64,000 nt of DNA from Narcine bancroftii (taxonomy: Eukaryota): assembly GCF_036971445.1 (NCBI RefSeq), contig NC_091473.1, forward strand, positions 9,238,001-9,302,000, given 5' to 3'. Under the pieces are notes generated by a model. That model did not search any database and had not been told where the DNA came from. It saw only the letters and a list, made by a program, of their open reading frames with translations. Of the stretch, positions 48,601 through 60,924 are shown piece after piece (position 1 is the stretch's first letter; each line of letters opens with the position of its first letter). The translations under genes were made by a program, and so were the position numbers.

Positions 48601-50214
48601 GGATTATCCTTGAGTATTATTTTGCAGGATAAAACACTGAATTAATTTAACAAGCCAATTAAAAAAAAAATCAAGTATTGTGAGCCTTTCATTTGGGTTT
48701 ACCATCTTCTGTTCATTTTTTCCTGAGGAAATGCTTGGAAGCTCTGTATTTCATTGCCTAACCTTGGATTCCAGTATTCTTGCAGCTTATTGAAGCAGAG
48801 TATAGATGGCAAAATCTCATATTATTGTACCCAGCCTCAAGACTCCCAAGAACATAGTGGCATTCAGTAGGAGACCAGCCACCCTTTGGTGAGTTGAATG
48901 TAAAAGAAAAAAAGATTTGAATGCATCAATGTGTTGAGCCAGACTGTACCTCTCAAAAGAATGGTACAATGTGGATCAGCACATCGCCAAATATATACTA
49001 AGCTGTGGAGGAAAAACAGCAAGCAAAAATTAGGCACTCCCCATCAAGGAAATAGGTATTAGCCTTCTCAAAGCTGACTTCAAATTGTCAAGCGTTCGGG
49101 TTAAGCATCTGAGTTATTTTTCTTTGGATTTTTTTAAGGGGACTGCTGAGTTATCTTTCCATTTTGAAGGTGTGCATGGGGGGGGGGGGAGTTGGAAGAT
49201 CTAAGAAATGAGCTGGAAAAATTGGAGGGAAATGTTTCAAAATAATTTAAGGTCAGACAATTGAAATTTCCCTTCAAAGGAGAAAAATATGGATATAAAT
49301 CTTGCTGGGAATTTTAGTGTTTTCATCATCAATGAGTAACTTGTCATTCTCCTAAAACACCAATGACTGCGACCTTTGGTAGAAATCAAATGGACAGAAG
49401 TTCTCTCTTTTTCAGACATGAACTCCAGCGTACACTCATCATGGAAGTGTTCGTGTATGTGGCAAGCCCTGCTTATTCCCCTCCAGGATCACCCTGTTAC
49501 AGATCTGGAAAGGTGGCAGGCAGTCGGGGTAGTTGATTACCTACACAAACTCCCACCCTCAGTGAGGTGATCTTCGAACTGATCAAGAATGGGGGGGGGG
49601 GGATAAAATGAATGTTGGAGTTTTGATTTGAGATGCTTGGAATTTGTTGTTCCATACCAATGCATGAATGTTCAGAACCTAATTTTATTTTGTGGTTCCT
49701 GCTAGTTTAAAGCAGATAGTAAAACATGGAGTTAACATCCCCTTTAAATGACCAAAAATGTCAATGTTTCTGTTTGCTAATAACACCAGAATTAACTTTT
49801 ATCCTTAAAAGTCCATTCATTTTCCTGCCAGAATTCCAAAGTAAGATATTTACAGACAGTAATCTATTTTTTTTCTCTAAAACATATCTATTGTGCTTTT
49901 ATAACATTGTAATCTACCCTTTACTTCCAGATAATGATCATAATTGTGCCACGTTTTAACTTGACAACATTTAAACATAAGCCAATTTATAACATTTTCT
50001 TACCGTTAGAGGTACCTATTAAATATAAAAGCAGAAAATACCAGAAATATTCAGCAAGTCAGGCCTCATTTATTAACTTTGTTTCCCTCTACACAAATAC
50101 TACCTAACTTGTGGAATGTTTCTGTCAATTTCTGCTTTTCTGTCAGATTTCCAGCGTGTGCAATATTTTATTTTTAGAAGAAGGCAGTTGATTTAACTTT
50201 AGAGAAGCCAAAGT

Positions 50215-50502
50215 TTTTAAGGTGGAATGTGGGTGAAAAGAAAAAGTTTGAGAACCCCTGTTTTAATCGTACCTCATTGACTCATTATGTGCACGGTTTC
50301 AGAACTCCAAAGGAAATGGGCCAGTGACAATTTTTCTCAAGCAAAATATTTCAGTCACAATTGGGTCCAGAGCAGTGATTCTCAACCTTCCCTTCCCACT
50401 CACATCCCACCTTGAGCAATCCCTTACTAATCACAGAGCACCGATGGCATAGGGATTACTTAAAGTGGGATGTGAGTGGAAAGAAAAAGGTTAAAACCAC
50501 TG
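50215..50502. mobile_element. hAT/Charlie-type MITE (dimer form, left part missing)
   Basis: Same hairpin and spacer sequence as 15525-15864. Confidence 0.85.
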
Positions 50503-53400
50503 ATCTAGTCACTCATTAAGAATCTCTTCATATTTCTTACACCGTTATGTGCCAAATTAATTCACAAACAGGCACTAAATGTGTAGTAAATGTCCTCTGT
50601 TACAATATGTGGTATCAATTATTTCTAAACTGCTTAATTTGTTATGTTTGTTTAGTCTCTTTCCATCCCTATTCTTTTGCTTTGCTTTCCAATTTCATGA
50701 TGTGTCTAGCTCAAGAACGTTCATTTTGGAATTTTCCCAACTTTTAAATGACAATAACTGAGTTCTCATTTCAAGCAGAATTGGGGATAATCTGGGGACG
50801 TAGTTATTTACTCTTTATCTAAATAGAAAAGCCTGCCATGAATAATGGCATTTCGAAAAAAAATCCATGACAAAAAAAAGCGTTCTTTTTGGGGAAATGT
50901 GACTTCTTAGTTTTAGCACTCTTTGCCTGAACAAGTGAGGCATTCCTGCTACACTTGTTCTTAATCTTCTTTTGGACCATATTGTAAATTGAACAAAATG
51001 ATTGCCTGATTCAAGAAGTCTAAGGGTGTTTAAGGGAACAAAACCAATTTACATGGAAGCAGTCTTATTTCTAATTCTTCAGACATTTTGTAGGTGTAGG
51101 TTTTAGATGCTTTGATGTACTCAACCAAAAGAAGAATGATCATCCTTTTGTATAAATGGCAGCAACCTTACAAGTATGTTGTGGATCACATGCTTATTTA
51201 CGAGGGAATTGCATCATTGATATGAATGAGCAGAGGTTCTGCACTATTAGTTCCATATGTACAATACTTGTACATTTCTTTTGTTTCAGATCCCCAAGCT
51301 TGAAGAGTAGTCCTTAAATGAGCAGGTGTTGCAATTAATTGTTTACTGCAGAATAAATGTTTGATATTTTTAATTTACTTTGGGGAGTTTTCTTTTTGCA
51401 TGAGTATCCGTTACTTCCTAGAAATAAATACAGCTCATTAGCCACAGTGTGAAAATTAGAATGTAGCAAAATACTACGGAGTATTGGCAGTGGCTAAAAT
51501 CTGTGGAATTGGGCTTTATACCACTAACATTGGCCATGTTTGAAAGCTCAGCCATTTCCTATTGGATTCAATATTTTGCATACTTTCCAGCTAAATTTGA
51601 GATGATCAAGGTGGTTAAAAACAGGTTCAATTATTTGTCCTGCAGAGTTCATGGACATTTTACTGCATAAATTAATCCAGTTTTTTAACTGCTGTCATCT
51701 ATTTAGTAATTTTATAATTACTTAGTTATCATCTTCTATTGACAAACATCAAACTATTTTCACCTTGTATTGTTTTAATTTTTGGTTTTATTACTGCCTT
51801 GTTTAAATTAGAATCAAATCAAAATATTAATACAGGATTTGCAAACAAGGTTTAAGGGTGTTTCAATTGTAGCTATAGCTCCAAATTTGCCTTGTTGATA
51901 TTTCCTTATTCAGGAAAGTTGAGCATATTAATCTCTCAAAAATCCTACTTGAGCTCCACAGTTACCAAAATCCTTTGGAAACTCAAATGAATTGATTTAT
52001 AAGTTAATATTACATCAAAGTGGTGAATTTATATTTGCAGACTTGAACAGGGTGAATGTTTGCAGGTAAATTCCTCACGTTAAGAAATTGAAGTGTGTGT
52101 TTTATAAAAAATGTTCAGTGCTTGAAGAATAATTTGGCATTGATTAGGATTTTTTCTCAATGAATACATTTGCTTGCTACGGTAAGTAAGTTTTAATTAT
52201 CCTAGTGGAAAAAAATTAGAGTAATGTAATCAATATTACAAGCCCATGATGTAAAGGGGAGTCCAGAAATTATGATTGTACCTGTGAGGGAAAGTAGCTT
52301 CATTGTAAAGACTATCGTAGACATCTTACAGATTTTCATGAGTGTCATGAAGAATAGAAAAATAGGATCGACTTTAAAGGTGAACCTGTAAATAAAACCA
52401 GGGTTATCTTTGTCTTAATTGCTTTTCCTCAGAAGTAGCCATTTTATCTAATTTTGTTTTTAATCTGCTGAATAATCTTTCAGTATTGCCCTGCATCCTG
52501 ACTCTATGCCGTACCTGATCTAGAAATGCAAAGTTTGCAAAGTAGAAGAATCATTATCTCTATTCTGTACCTCATTCTTTAACTTGAGAATACCCTCTCC
52601 TTTTCACGTGAAGATTCACAAGTCTGACTCCCTTTGAACAGACTCCTTTAAACAATTGGCAGATTGCTGTAGTTTTAGCAACCTTGTCGTATCGCGCCAT
52701 ATCTAAAATTGTATTTAAATTGTGAAAAGAAGGTAGAGAAGCCGTAAATTTTGTTGGGCATGATCCCCTTCCAAACTTGGCAAAGACTTTTCTTCATGTA
52801 ATATACTTTCCAAAACAAGAAACATGCATAAAAAAAAACAAACCCTCTGGTCTTTTGCACACAGGACATGGGCACCAAAATTGGTGGTTCATTGGTGGAG
52901 AACAAGGACACCAAACAGTACAATGCAGAAGAAAGTTGTCTACCTGGAACCGCATATTATATAAAAGCTCTGACTTTTAACAAGTGAACGTGAATCGATG
53001 GCTCAGTCAGCTCAAAGTCATGCCCTAGGCAAATTGTAAATAATGTATATTGTTATGTTATGGATTTTTTAACTTATTTTTTGTTTGTAAACATCTTTTG
53101 ACATTTCTAGGCTTTAGGCGAGAACACTTCTTTGAGTACATTAAAATGGACATCATGAAACCTTTTCTAAATTTTTGCAGGTAACTCTAGCAAACTGGTG
53201 TGACGTGATAGCCAAACGCACCATTTTAAACAATTGAATTAAAGGAACAAAATTGTAAAGACTTTCATACTTTGGGCTGGGAACACTGTATTCTAATCCA
53301 GCAAAAAAAATTTTAGATATTTCTTCCTTTAAATTCTAGAATGTTTTTTTTTCAGTTTGTATTTATTTTGGAAGAAAAAGATCTATCTGATTCTTAGGAA

Positions 53401-53410
53401 AATAAATAAA
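53401..53410 (+). terminator. Candidate distal BRPF1 polyadenylation signal (overlapping double AATAAA)
   Basis: aataaataaa preceded by U-rich and TGTA-rich sequence. A proximal AATAAA also lies at 45704-45709. Confidence 0.45.
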
Positions 53411-54008
53411 TGGCTATTTGAAAAGTTGCGTGACCTGCTTGACATTATTCAAACATTTCCAAACACACAATTCTGGCTGTCAGTCAAACAGGAAAAACAC
53501 TGACGGCCAGAAACGCACCAACTGAAGACGTTCAGGCCTCTGCAATGTCATAATGAATTTCCTGCAGAGAAATAGTATTCAGAATCCTCAATGTCCCTGT
53601 TACTATTTTGATGGGTTCCCAGGGCAGCGGAGCCTTGGTGTGCAATTCACAAACCTTGATGACTTTCATAGCATGTTTGTAAAATGGTTAAGTGTGAATG
53701 CATCAACAAGGAAATCCTGTTAAATTTTTATAAATCAGCGGTTAGACCTCAGATGACGTGCTATACTAAACACTTTTTTTTTTTGTAAGATCAAAGCCAT
53801 GAAGGGCCACAGAGGATCATAAAAGTACGGATCATCGAAGCTTTTCAATTTTGTTGAGATGTTGAAAAAACTGGGACTTTCTCCTGGAAGCAAGATAGGT
53901 TGAAGAAGGAGCTAATAAAACTATTTAAAAAATAAGAGCTTGGGGGGGGGGGGGGGGGGACGGAGGAACATTCTTTATCACATAGCTCAGTAACAAGTGG
54001 CTGTAGAT

Positions 54009-54122
54009 CAGGGGGTTCTCAACCTTCCCACTCACATTCCACCTTAAGCAATCCCTTACTAATCACAGAGCATCAATGCTAATAGGGAATACTTAAAGTG
54101 GGATGTGTGTGGAGAACCACTG
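54009..54122. mobile_element. hAT/Charlie-type MITE, monomer (single hairpin unit)
   Basis: CAGGGGGTTCTC / GAGAACCACTG ends. Flanks ctgtagat / atgtagac (6/8 TSD match). Confidence 0.8.
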
Positions 54123-54249
54123 ATGTAGACTTAAAATAAATTAGTAAATGATGGGAGCTATTACTTAAGAGATTAGTTATGATTCAAAAGGTTAAATAGA
54201 AAAAGTAGATTATAGTCCCTGACAATAACCTTTGTCGTAGAAAATCTAA

Positions 54250-54550
54250 CTGGTTCTCAACCTTTCCACTTAAATACCATTTTAAGTCATCCCTATGCCA
54301 GCTGTGCTCTGGAGTTAGTAAGGGAAGGTTGAGAATCACTGCTCAAGACCCAAATGTGGCTGAAAGACTTTGAGAAAAATTGGCCCATTTCCTTTGGAGT
54401 TCTGAAACCGTGCACGAGTCAAGGAGGGGGCGGTTAGAACAGGGGTTTTCAACCTTTTACTTTCCACCCCCATCCCACCTTAAGCAACCCCTTAGTAATC
54501 AATGGCATAGGGATGACTTAAAGTGGGATGGGAGTGGAAAAGGACCACTG
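54250..54550. mobile_element. hAT/Charlie-type MITE (degenerate dimer form)
   Basis: Same units and spacer, with small deletions. Confidence 0.75.
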
Positions 54551-54699
54551 CCCAAGACATGACAGAAAAGAAAAAAAAAAATGGGGCTAAGCTTTCAGTG
54601 CAATAATGCTCAGATCAGGAGAAAAGTTCTCAAAAGGCAAATTTATAAAATGAAAAGAAGAATGGGACTGGCCAACTTTTCTCTGGTTCATTCACACTT

Positions 54700-55320
54700 T
54701 TGGACACGCCATGAAAGTGAATAACCCTGAACCGAGTCTGTTCTTTGAGAAATTGCACGTGGGGTGTCTCTTCTTTTTCTTTCAGACCTGGGACCACACC
54801 CGAGCTGGAGTGGGAACGAGGAAGCGGCCGCGACTCGCCCCCCCCCCCCCCCCCCCCTCCCCTCTCTCTTCCTCCGCTGATGCGGAGCTCCGGTCTGTAC
54901 ACTCAGACGAGCATTGGGCGCCACTGCCACGTTTCGAGGAAAGCCTGGAGACCCCGAGGTAAAAGTTATTTTCCTGCGGGATTGCAAGTAACCGCTGGGC
55001 TCTTTGTCAATGGTTGCATTGATCCGAGCCGGCTGTTTGGGGCAGTTGTCTTGAGACCAGTGCAGCAACCATTGATTCAGCTCCAGCGGAACCGGCCAGC
55101 AGGGGCGAGCGGAGGCGGCGCAGACTGCGCGGAAGGTTCATTAGGACGTTGCGGCGCCAGGTCCCGGGACGGGGAGGCACGACTGGCGGAGGGCAAAGCA
55201 AAGGCAGGGGGGGAGACCTTGCGAGTGACGGACAGGGTCAGCCCGCGGTGCACTGCTGGTGGGAGGGGAGACCTGCAGCCCCCACCCCCCCACTCGATTT
55301 TCCTCTGTCTGCACACCCCG
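54700..55320 (+). promoter_or_regulatory. CpG-rich putative OGG1 promoter with candidate non-coding exon 1 (donor GAG|GTAAAA at 54958/54959)
   Basis: CpG-dense block 5.8 kb upstream of an OGG1 ATG exon that itself begins with a splice acceptor. Confidence 0.6.
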
Positions 55321-55489
55321 TGCTGGAGAAACTCAGCTGCAGACGGGTCTCTGCACCATGATTGGCGTGAGATGGGGGCAGGGCGTTTGGACAACGATTG
55401 ACAGGGGAAGGGGCAGTGCACAATGATTGGCAAGAGAGAGTGCCCTTGATAAGCTTTTGAATCATGATTGACAGGAGGTGCGCCAATGC

Positions 55490-56231
55490 GAGCTCTCCAC
55501 TGGCCACCTAGACAGAGGTGCACCAAAGAAGAGGGATAAAGAAAGCTTTTGGTGCCTGCCACACCGCCAGTGGGCTGATCTCGCCTCCAACCGTGCATCT
55601 TGGCGCCTCACGGTTCGGCGGGCAGCAATGGAAGAAGACCGCAGAGCCCACCTCACTGACAAAAGACAAAGGAGGAAACACCCAACCCACCAATTTTCCC
55701 CTGCAACCGCTGCATCCGTGCCTGCCTGTCCCGCATCGGACTGGTCAGCCACAAACGAGCCTGCAGCTGACGTGGACATTACCCCTCCATAAATCTTCGT
55801 TTCTGAAGCCAAGCCAAAGAGAAATATGATATATGCCCACCTCACTGACAAAAGACAAAGGAGGAAAAACCCAACACCCAACCCCAACCCACCAATTTTC
55901 CCCTGCAACCGCTGCATCCGTGCCTGCCTGTCCCGCATCGGACTTGTCAGCCACAAACGAGCCTGCAGCTGACGTGGACGTTACCCCTCCATAAATCTTC
56001 GTTTCTGAAGCCAAGCCAAAGAGAAATATGATATATGCCCACCTCACTGACAAAAGACAAAGGAGGAAAAACCCAACACCCAACCCCAACCCACCAATTT
56101 TCCCCTGCAACCGCTGCATCCGTGCCTGCCTGTCCCGCATCGGACTTGTCAGCCACAAACGAGCCTGCAGCTGACGTGGACGTTACCCCTCCATAAATCT
56201 TTGTCCGCGAAGCCAAACCAGAAAGAGAAGG
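55490..56231 (+). mobile_element. RTE-clade LINE 3' fragment with tandemly triplicated 3' end (202-bp period)
   Basis: Repeats start at 55835 and 56037. The whole block is flanked by gccaatgc at 55482-55489 and 56232-56239. Confidence 0.88.
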
Positions 56232-57048
56232 GCCAATGCACCATGATTGACAAGGTGTTTGATTAATGATTGATAGGAGGTGGGTTAAAGAACCATGATT
56301 GACAGAGGGCAAGAAAGTGATGCATGACAGACTGGTGTGAGAGTTTGGGGAAAAGAATTGAATCAAAATTTGAAAATGTAACGAAATTCATTACTTTGCA
56401 GCATATTAGAATAAAATTACAATTAAAAATAAATAAATTTTAGTGCAAAAATCAGGGAGAGTGGGGTAGTGGAGTTCATTGTCTATCCAGAAATCTGATG
56501 GTGAGGCTGAGTGGAGAGCCAGTGATAGATCATCTGGTGTGGGGCGATTGTAATGGTGGCCATGGTACAGGTGTTTTAAGTTTGAAATAAAAGCAGAAAA
56601 TGCTGCGTGCGTTCAGGATGTCAGGAAGCATCTGAAACTGTTAATGTTTCAGGTACATAACTCTCAGAATTTGAACATTGATTAACAAGGGTGAAGTTTG
56701 ATGATGGGCAGCGCAAGTAGGACTAAACAGTACTTCAAGGTCACCTGAGTATTTTTTCCTAGCCTAGCTCATAATTTTTTTAAAAATTCTATTTAGTAGA
56801 TCACATGAAATACAGTAGAGGATTAGCAATACCTGTACAGTACACCCCCTCTGTTATGCGGAGTTTCACTTTGCTAACATACCAACCATCTAGCTTGTGA
56901 TGCTCTAGAATACAAGTCCTTGGCAAAAATTGACTAAAAATTTTTTCACACTGATGCTATAAGATCAAATTTTATTCTGTACCTCAATTTATTTGGTAAT
57001 GTTTTGTCAAATGTTTCTGTTGCTTGAACTACGGTAAATCTTTACATT

Positions 57049-57282
57049 TTTAAATTTAGATATACAGCACAGTAACAGGCCGTTTCGGCGTACAAGTCCG
57101 TGGCGCCCAATTTACATTTCAATTAACCTGCACCTCCGGTACGTTTTTGAACAGTGGGAGGAAACTGAAGCTCCTAGGGTAAAGGGAGAATGTACAAACA
57201 GAGAGCGTGGGATTCGAACCCTGGTCCCCATTGCTGGCAATGTAAAGTTGTCGCCCTCACCGCTATGCCAACCGTGCCGCCC
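57049..57282 (-). mobile_element. tRNA-derived V-SINE-like SINE
   Basis: Minus-strand ggcggcacggttggcatagcgg head and B-box gggttcgaatccc. Confidence 0.85.
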
Positions 57283-57454
57283 CTGTGGGATACAGGGTCT
57301 TAAGCCAGAACATCAACAATTTCCCACTACAGATGCTGCCTGACTCTCTGAGTTCTGGAAGGTTGACTTTTTAAAAAATCTGGATTGGTGGTTCAGGCTA
57401 CTGGGTCATCAGACTGGGATAGAATCACTGCTCAACCATGGTATCCATTTTTTT

Positions 57455-57525
57455 TTCTTTCTCTTTTTCTTTGGCTTGGCTTCGCGGACGAAGATTTATG
57501 GAGGGGGTAAAATGTCCACGTCAGC
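57455..57525 (-). mobile_element. Very short RTE 3' tail
   Basis: tttctttggcttggcttcgcggacgaagatttatggagggggtaaaatgtccacgtcagc. Confidence 0.85.
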
Positions 57526-58089
57526 ATGTTTCAGGTACATAACTCTGTCAAAATTTGAACATTAATTAACAAGGGTGAAGTTTGATGATGGGCAGCACAA
57601 GTAGGACTAAACAGTACTTCACGCTTGTTCCTTTTAAAAAAAAAAATCCCAAAAGGGTTTCTATAATTCAAAACTTTACTTCACATTTAAGATACCAGAC
57701 TTCTTGCAGGAGTATAGCAGCTGGTGACTTACAGACACTTAGGTTTGAAATCTTAGGCTTTGTTCTGAACTAACACAGGAACAGCAATGGAAAATTCACC
57801 AGACAATGGTAAATTCAAAATAATAGTTTTTATTAAACTATTAATAACAGAACATTTCTTACTTAACTCCAAAGTGAACCCCACTATGCGCAAATGTAAA
57901 ATGTGTGTGTATGTGTGGCCAAATCCCAAATGATTACAGTTTAGGCATCATTCTGAAAAGTCCATTTTCAATTTCAGCATCGAACATGTTATGTTAAACC
58001 TGACTATTTTAAAATCGCAGTTCAGAAGTAATCACGGACCATTTTGAAATATCATGTCTTCAGTCCTCTTTAAACTCACAAATTTTCTT

Positions 58090-58384
58090 TTTTTTTGGAA
58101 ATTTTATTTAACCAACATGTGTAAGATCATAATAACAGCAATGGTAAGGAAACCATACTACAATGTTAATAAATATATGCTGAAAGTATATCGAAACAAA
58201 AACTAAAAAAAACCCTCGACGCTCCCACCAGCCCCCAACCCTAATCTAATCCCATAACTAAAATATGTAATATCATAACCACATATTAATTAATTTGGAT
58301 TGCATCAGATGACACTCAAGGTACCCAACTAACATAAAATTGTCATTCATTCAGGGAAAACCTCACTGTACCTAAGTTGTTAGG
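58090..58384 (-). mobile_element. Polyadenylated L1-type 3' fragment
   Basis: 16-bp TSD actcacaaattttctt at 58074-58089 and 58385-58400. Minus-strand AATAAA plus poly(A). Confidence 0.8.
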
Positions 58385-59263
58385 ACTCACAAATTTTCTT
58401 GATGAGCTGTTTTTCAGAGAGATAATCTCTTCATACGAGTGATTTCACTCTTATCTTGCCGAAGGGTTGTGGAGTCTGTTTTCCTCGATGATTTCTTTCT
58501 TAATCAAAGTAACCATTTTCCCGTGGACACGCGAGGCTGCCCTCTTTTCTTCGAGGCAGTCGTAGTGGCTATTTCTTTTAAAATACCACTTCTGGTGTTC
58601 CTCCTTTTATTACGGAGAACGCAGGCAGTCGTCCTTTTAAAGGAATTGGTGGCTGCTTTTCCCATCCTGTTGATACAGGATGGCCTTCTCTTCAACTGAC
58701 CCAAAATGTCTCTGATTTTGATACTTTATTTCTTGCAAATCTCTCATGTCGCATGGTATGACATCATAACTATCTTTGGAGTTCTTCTGAACCCTTTGAC
58801 ATCTTCATGCTAAAAAGCGTGATTTTAAAAATCAAAGTAATTGTCTCTGTTTGATGTTTCCCTCCTGCTTCTGAGCTACCTGGTATGGACCAGCAAAATG
58901 GTTTCTTGTTCAGTCCACTGTGCACCTTATCTCAAAAACCATCATCTCCCTGTAACCATAGTCACAGCAGACTTCAGTCTCTAAGATGATACCAGCTGCC
59001 ATCTTCAATCTCTCGCTGTACATTTAAAATGCAAATGTGTTTAGTCTTTGTACCCTTGAGACCAAACCCACAAAATAACCTTACTAAGACATATATAATG
59101 AAAAATAGTTTAACGTTAAACTAAAGATTAATCGTAGCACAATTTCGTCACCGTGGTTATTGCTGGTGGTGCAATTAAAGTAGAAAATTTGCCATGATCA
59201 TAAGGGACGTGTATGGCTAGCTTGTATTTGATTTGCACGACTGCACAAAGTGAGCATCTATGC

Positions 59264-60364
59264 TGAAGACTCTCAAGGAGGGGTGTGGGAATATTTTGGT
59301 GGGGCGTGGTGCTTAAGAATATTTTAGTGGGATGTAGGAATATTTTGGGAAATAATCAAAAAGTTGGTTTGGAAAAAAATGAGCTTGTTATGTTGGTGTG
59401 AAAGATGCGACTTGGCAACACTGTCAGTACGGCACAAGTGTGGTAACTTCCAAGTAAAATCACTTTGTTCTTTTTATTTTCTTAAAGTGTTTTTGCTATT
59501 CTGATGTTTCTCTGTTGTATCTCTTATTTTAACTGCTGTTATCCTTGGTTAACATTATAATTATATTTTTTCTGACCGGTCTTATTATCATCCATTCCAA
59601 ATGATCTCATTTGCGACAAGGATTCCAAATGATCTCAACAAGAAATTTCAGTCAATTCTATTGGTTGAATAAATGTGAGGTAACTAATGCTGCTACAAAT
59701 GTCATTGTTGACCATTTGAAAATGTTGGTTACTGACTTCAATGATAGATTTTGTGATTTTGAAGGCAATTGATTTTCCTTCTTGGTCAGCTCAGCCATTG
59801 CTGGTGGACTTCTCTGAAGTTCCAGTGCAATACCAAGAGGAGTTATCCGAGTTGCAACATGATGAATCTGTGAAAACTCTGTTCAAAGTGAAAGGAACCA
59901 TGATGTGGCTGTCTAACGAGATTGAAAAGAAATACCCAAACTCCACTACTTTAGCAAGGGAACTATTGAGACATTTTCCATCACCTTATTTAGTAGAATG
60001 TGGCTTCAGTGCTGTTGGTGATTTGCTACAAGCTAAGAGAAACCGATTGGAAATTATAAAAGGTGGAGATTTAAGGTTGAAACCAACAAAATTAGTTCCT
60101 CGAATCGAAAAAAATCTGCAGTCAGGGGCAAGGTTCCCAATGAAGTGATTACAATTGTTTGAGATGGTTGACATATTGAGGTAGTCGTTGAATATGAAGC
60201 ATGTGTTCCAGTGTATTCCCGACCTTAATTGCATTGAAATACACTTGTAGTAAATTATTTAATTAAAACCTCATTTGAATATATGTTTTTTCCACTAATG
60301 GTGGGGCATACGTTTTTTGAAAAATTAAAGTGGGGCCTCTGGCAAAAAAGGTTGAGAACCACTG
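59264..60364 (+). mobile_element. hAT/Charlie internal-deletion derivative with transposase C-terminal remnant
   Basis: ORF 59741-60148 (...FPSPYLVECGFSAVGDLLQAKRNRLEIIKGGDLRLK). Right end aaaaaggttgagaaccactg. TSD atctatgc/atctatac at 59256-59263 and 60365-60372. Confidence 0.88.
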
Positions 60365-60814
60365 ATCTATACCAACGTTATTAAATATGAATATGATTTT
60401 GCAATTCAACTTATATTGCACATGGTCTTAATAAAAACTATTCTGCAGATCAAAAAATAGCCCTCCATTATGTTCTCAAGAGCGATTAGGATTTGGCAAT
60501 AAATAATGGCCTTCCCAAAAATGTCCACTTGCTCTATAAAGAACATTTGGCCCATCGAGTTTATGCCAGCACTCCTCGGTCTCATTCCCACATTAATTTC
60601 CTGGTAATTTTATCTCTGTAACATGTTATAAATGCCACCCTTAATCCTCCTGCCAGCCACCTAAACTGGGGGTAATTTATGTGGGAATTAACTTTTAAAT
60701 TCCTTCCTCACCAATGCGGTTGAATATGGTTATTTTTTTCTGTCTGAAACAGACTGTTCACAGCAATAAAGTACTTTGTTAATTTTGCAGGGATAATCTA
60801 TTGTTAACCAAATC

Positions 60815-60924
60815 ATGCAACGACACAGTATACTGTCCGACTGCCCTTCACTCTGGCACTCAATCCCCTGCACTCCCTTGGAACTGAGGCTGGATATCGT
60901 CCTCTCTTGTGGACAGTCTTTCCG
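60815..60924 (+). CDS. OGG1: OGG1 (8-oxoguanine DNA glycosylase) first coding exon; remaining exons not found in the window
   Basis: Exon 60791-60924 (ttgcAG| ... TTC CG|GTAAGG). Encodes [37 protein letters not shown], compared with human [36 protein letters not shown]. Same phase-2 intron position. OGG1 also follows BRPF1 in human. Confidence 0.92.

Noticed and set aside
54745-55401. 218-aa Pro/Gly/Arg-rich ORF
   Set aside because: Starts at TTG and is expected by chance in a GC-rich promoter region. It runs through a homopolymer and a repeat motif, and I recognise no homology.
57761-59150. Possible solo LTR hosting the L1-type insert
   Set aside because: I could not find TG...CA ends with a matching TSD.
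59741-60148. Domesticated transposase gene (ZBED/SCAND3-like)
   Set aside because: Only a C-terminal fragment inside a TIR- and TSD-bounded deletion element, with a second partial copy at 29.6 kb.
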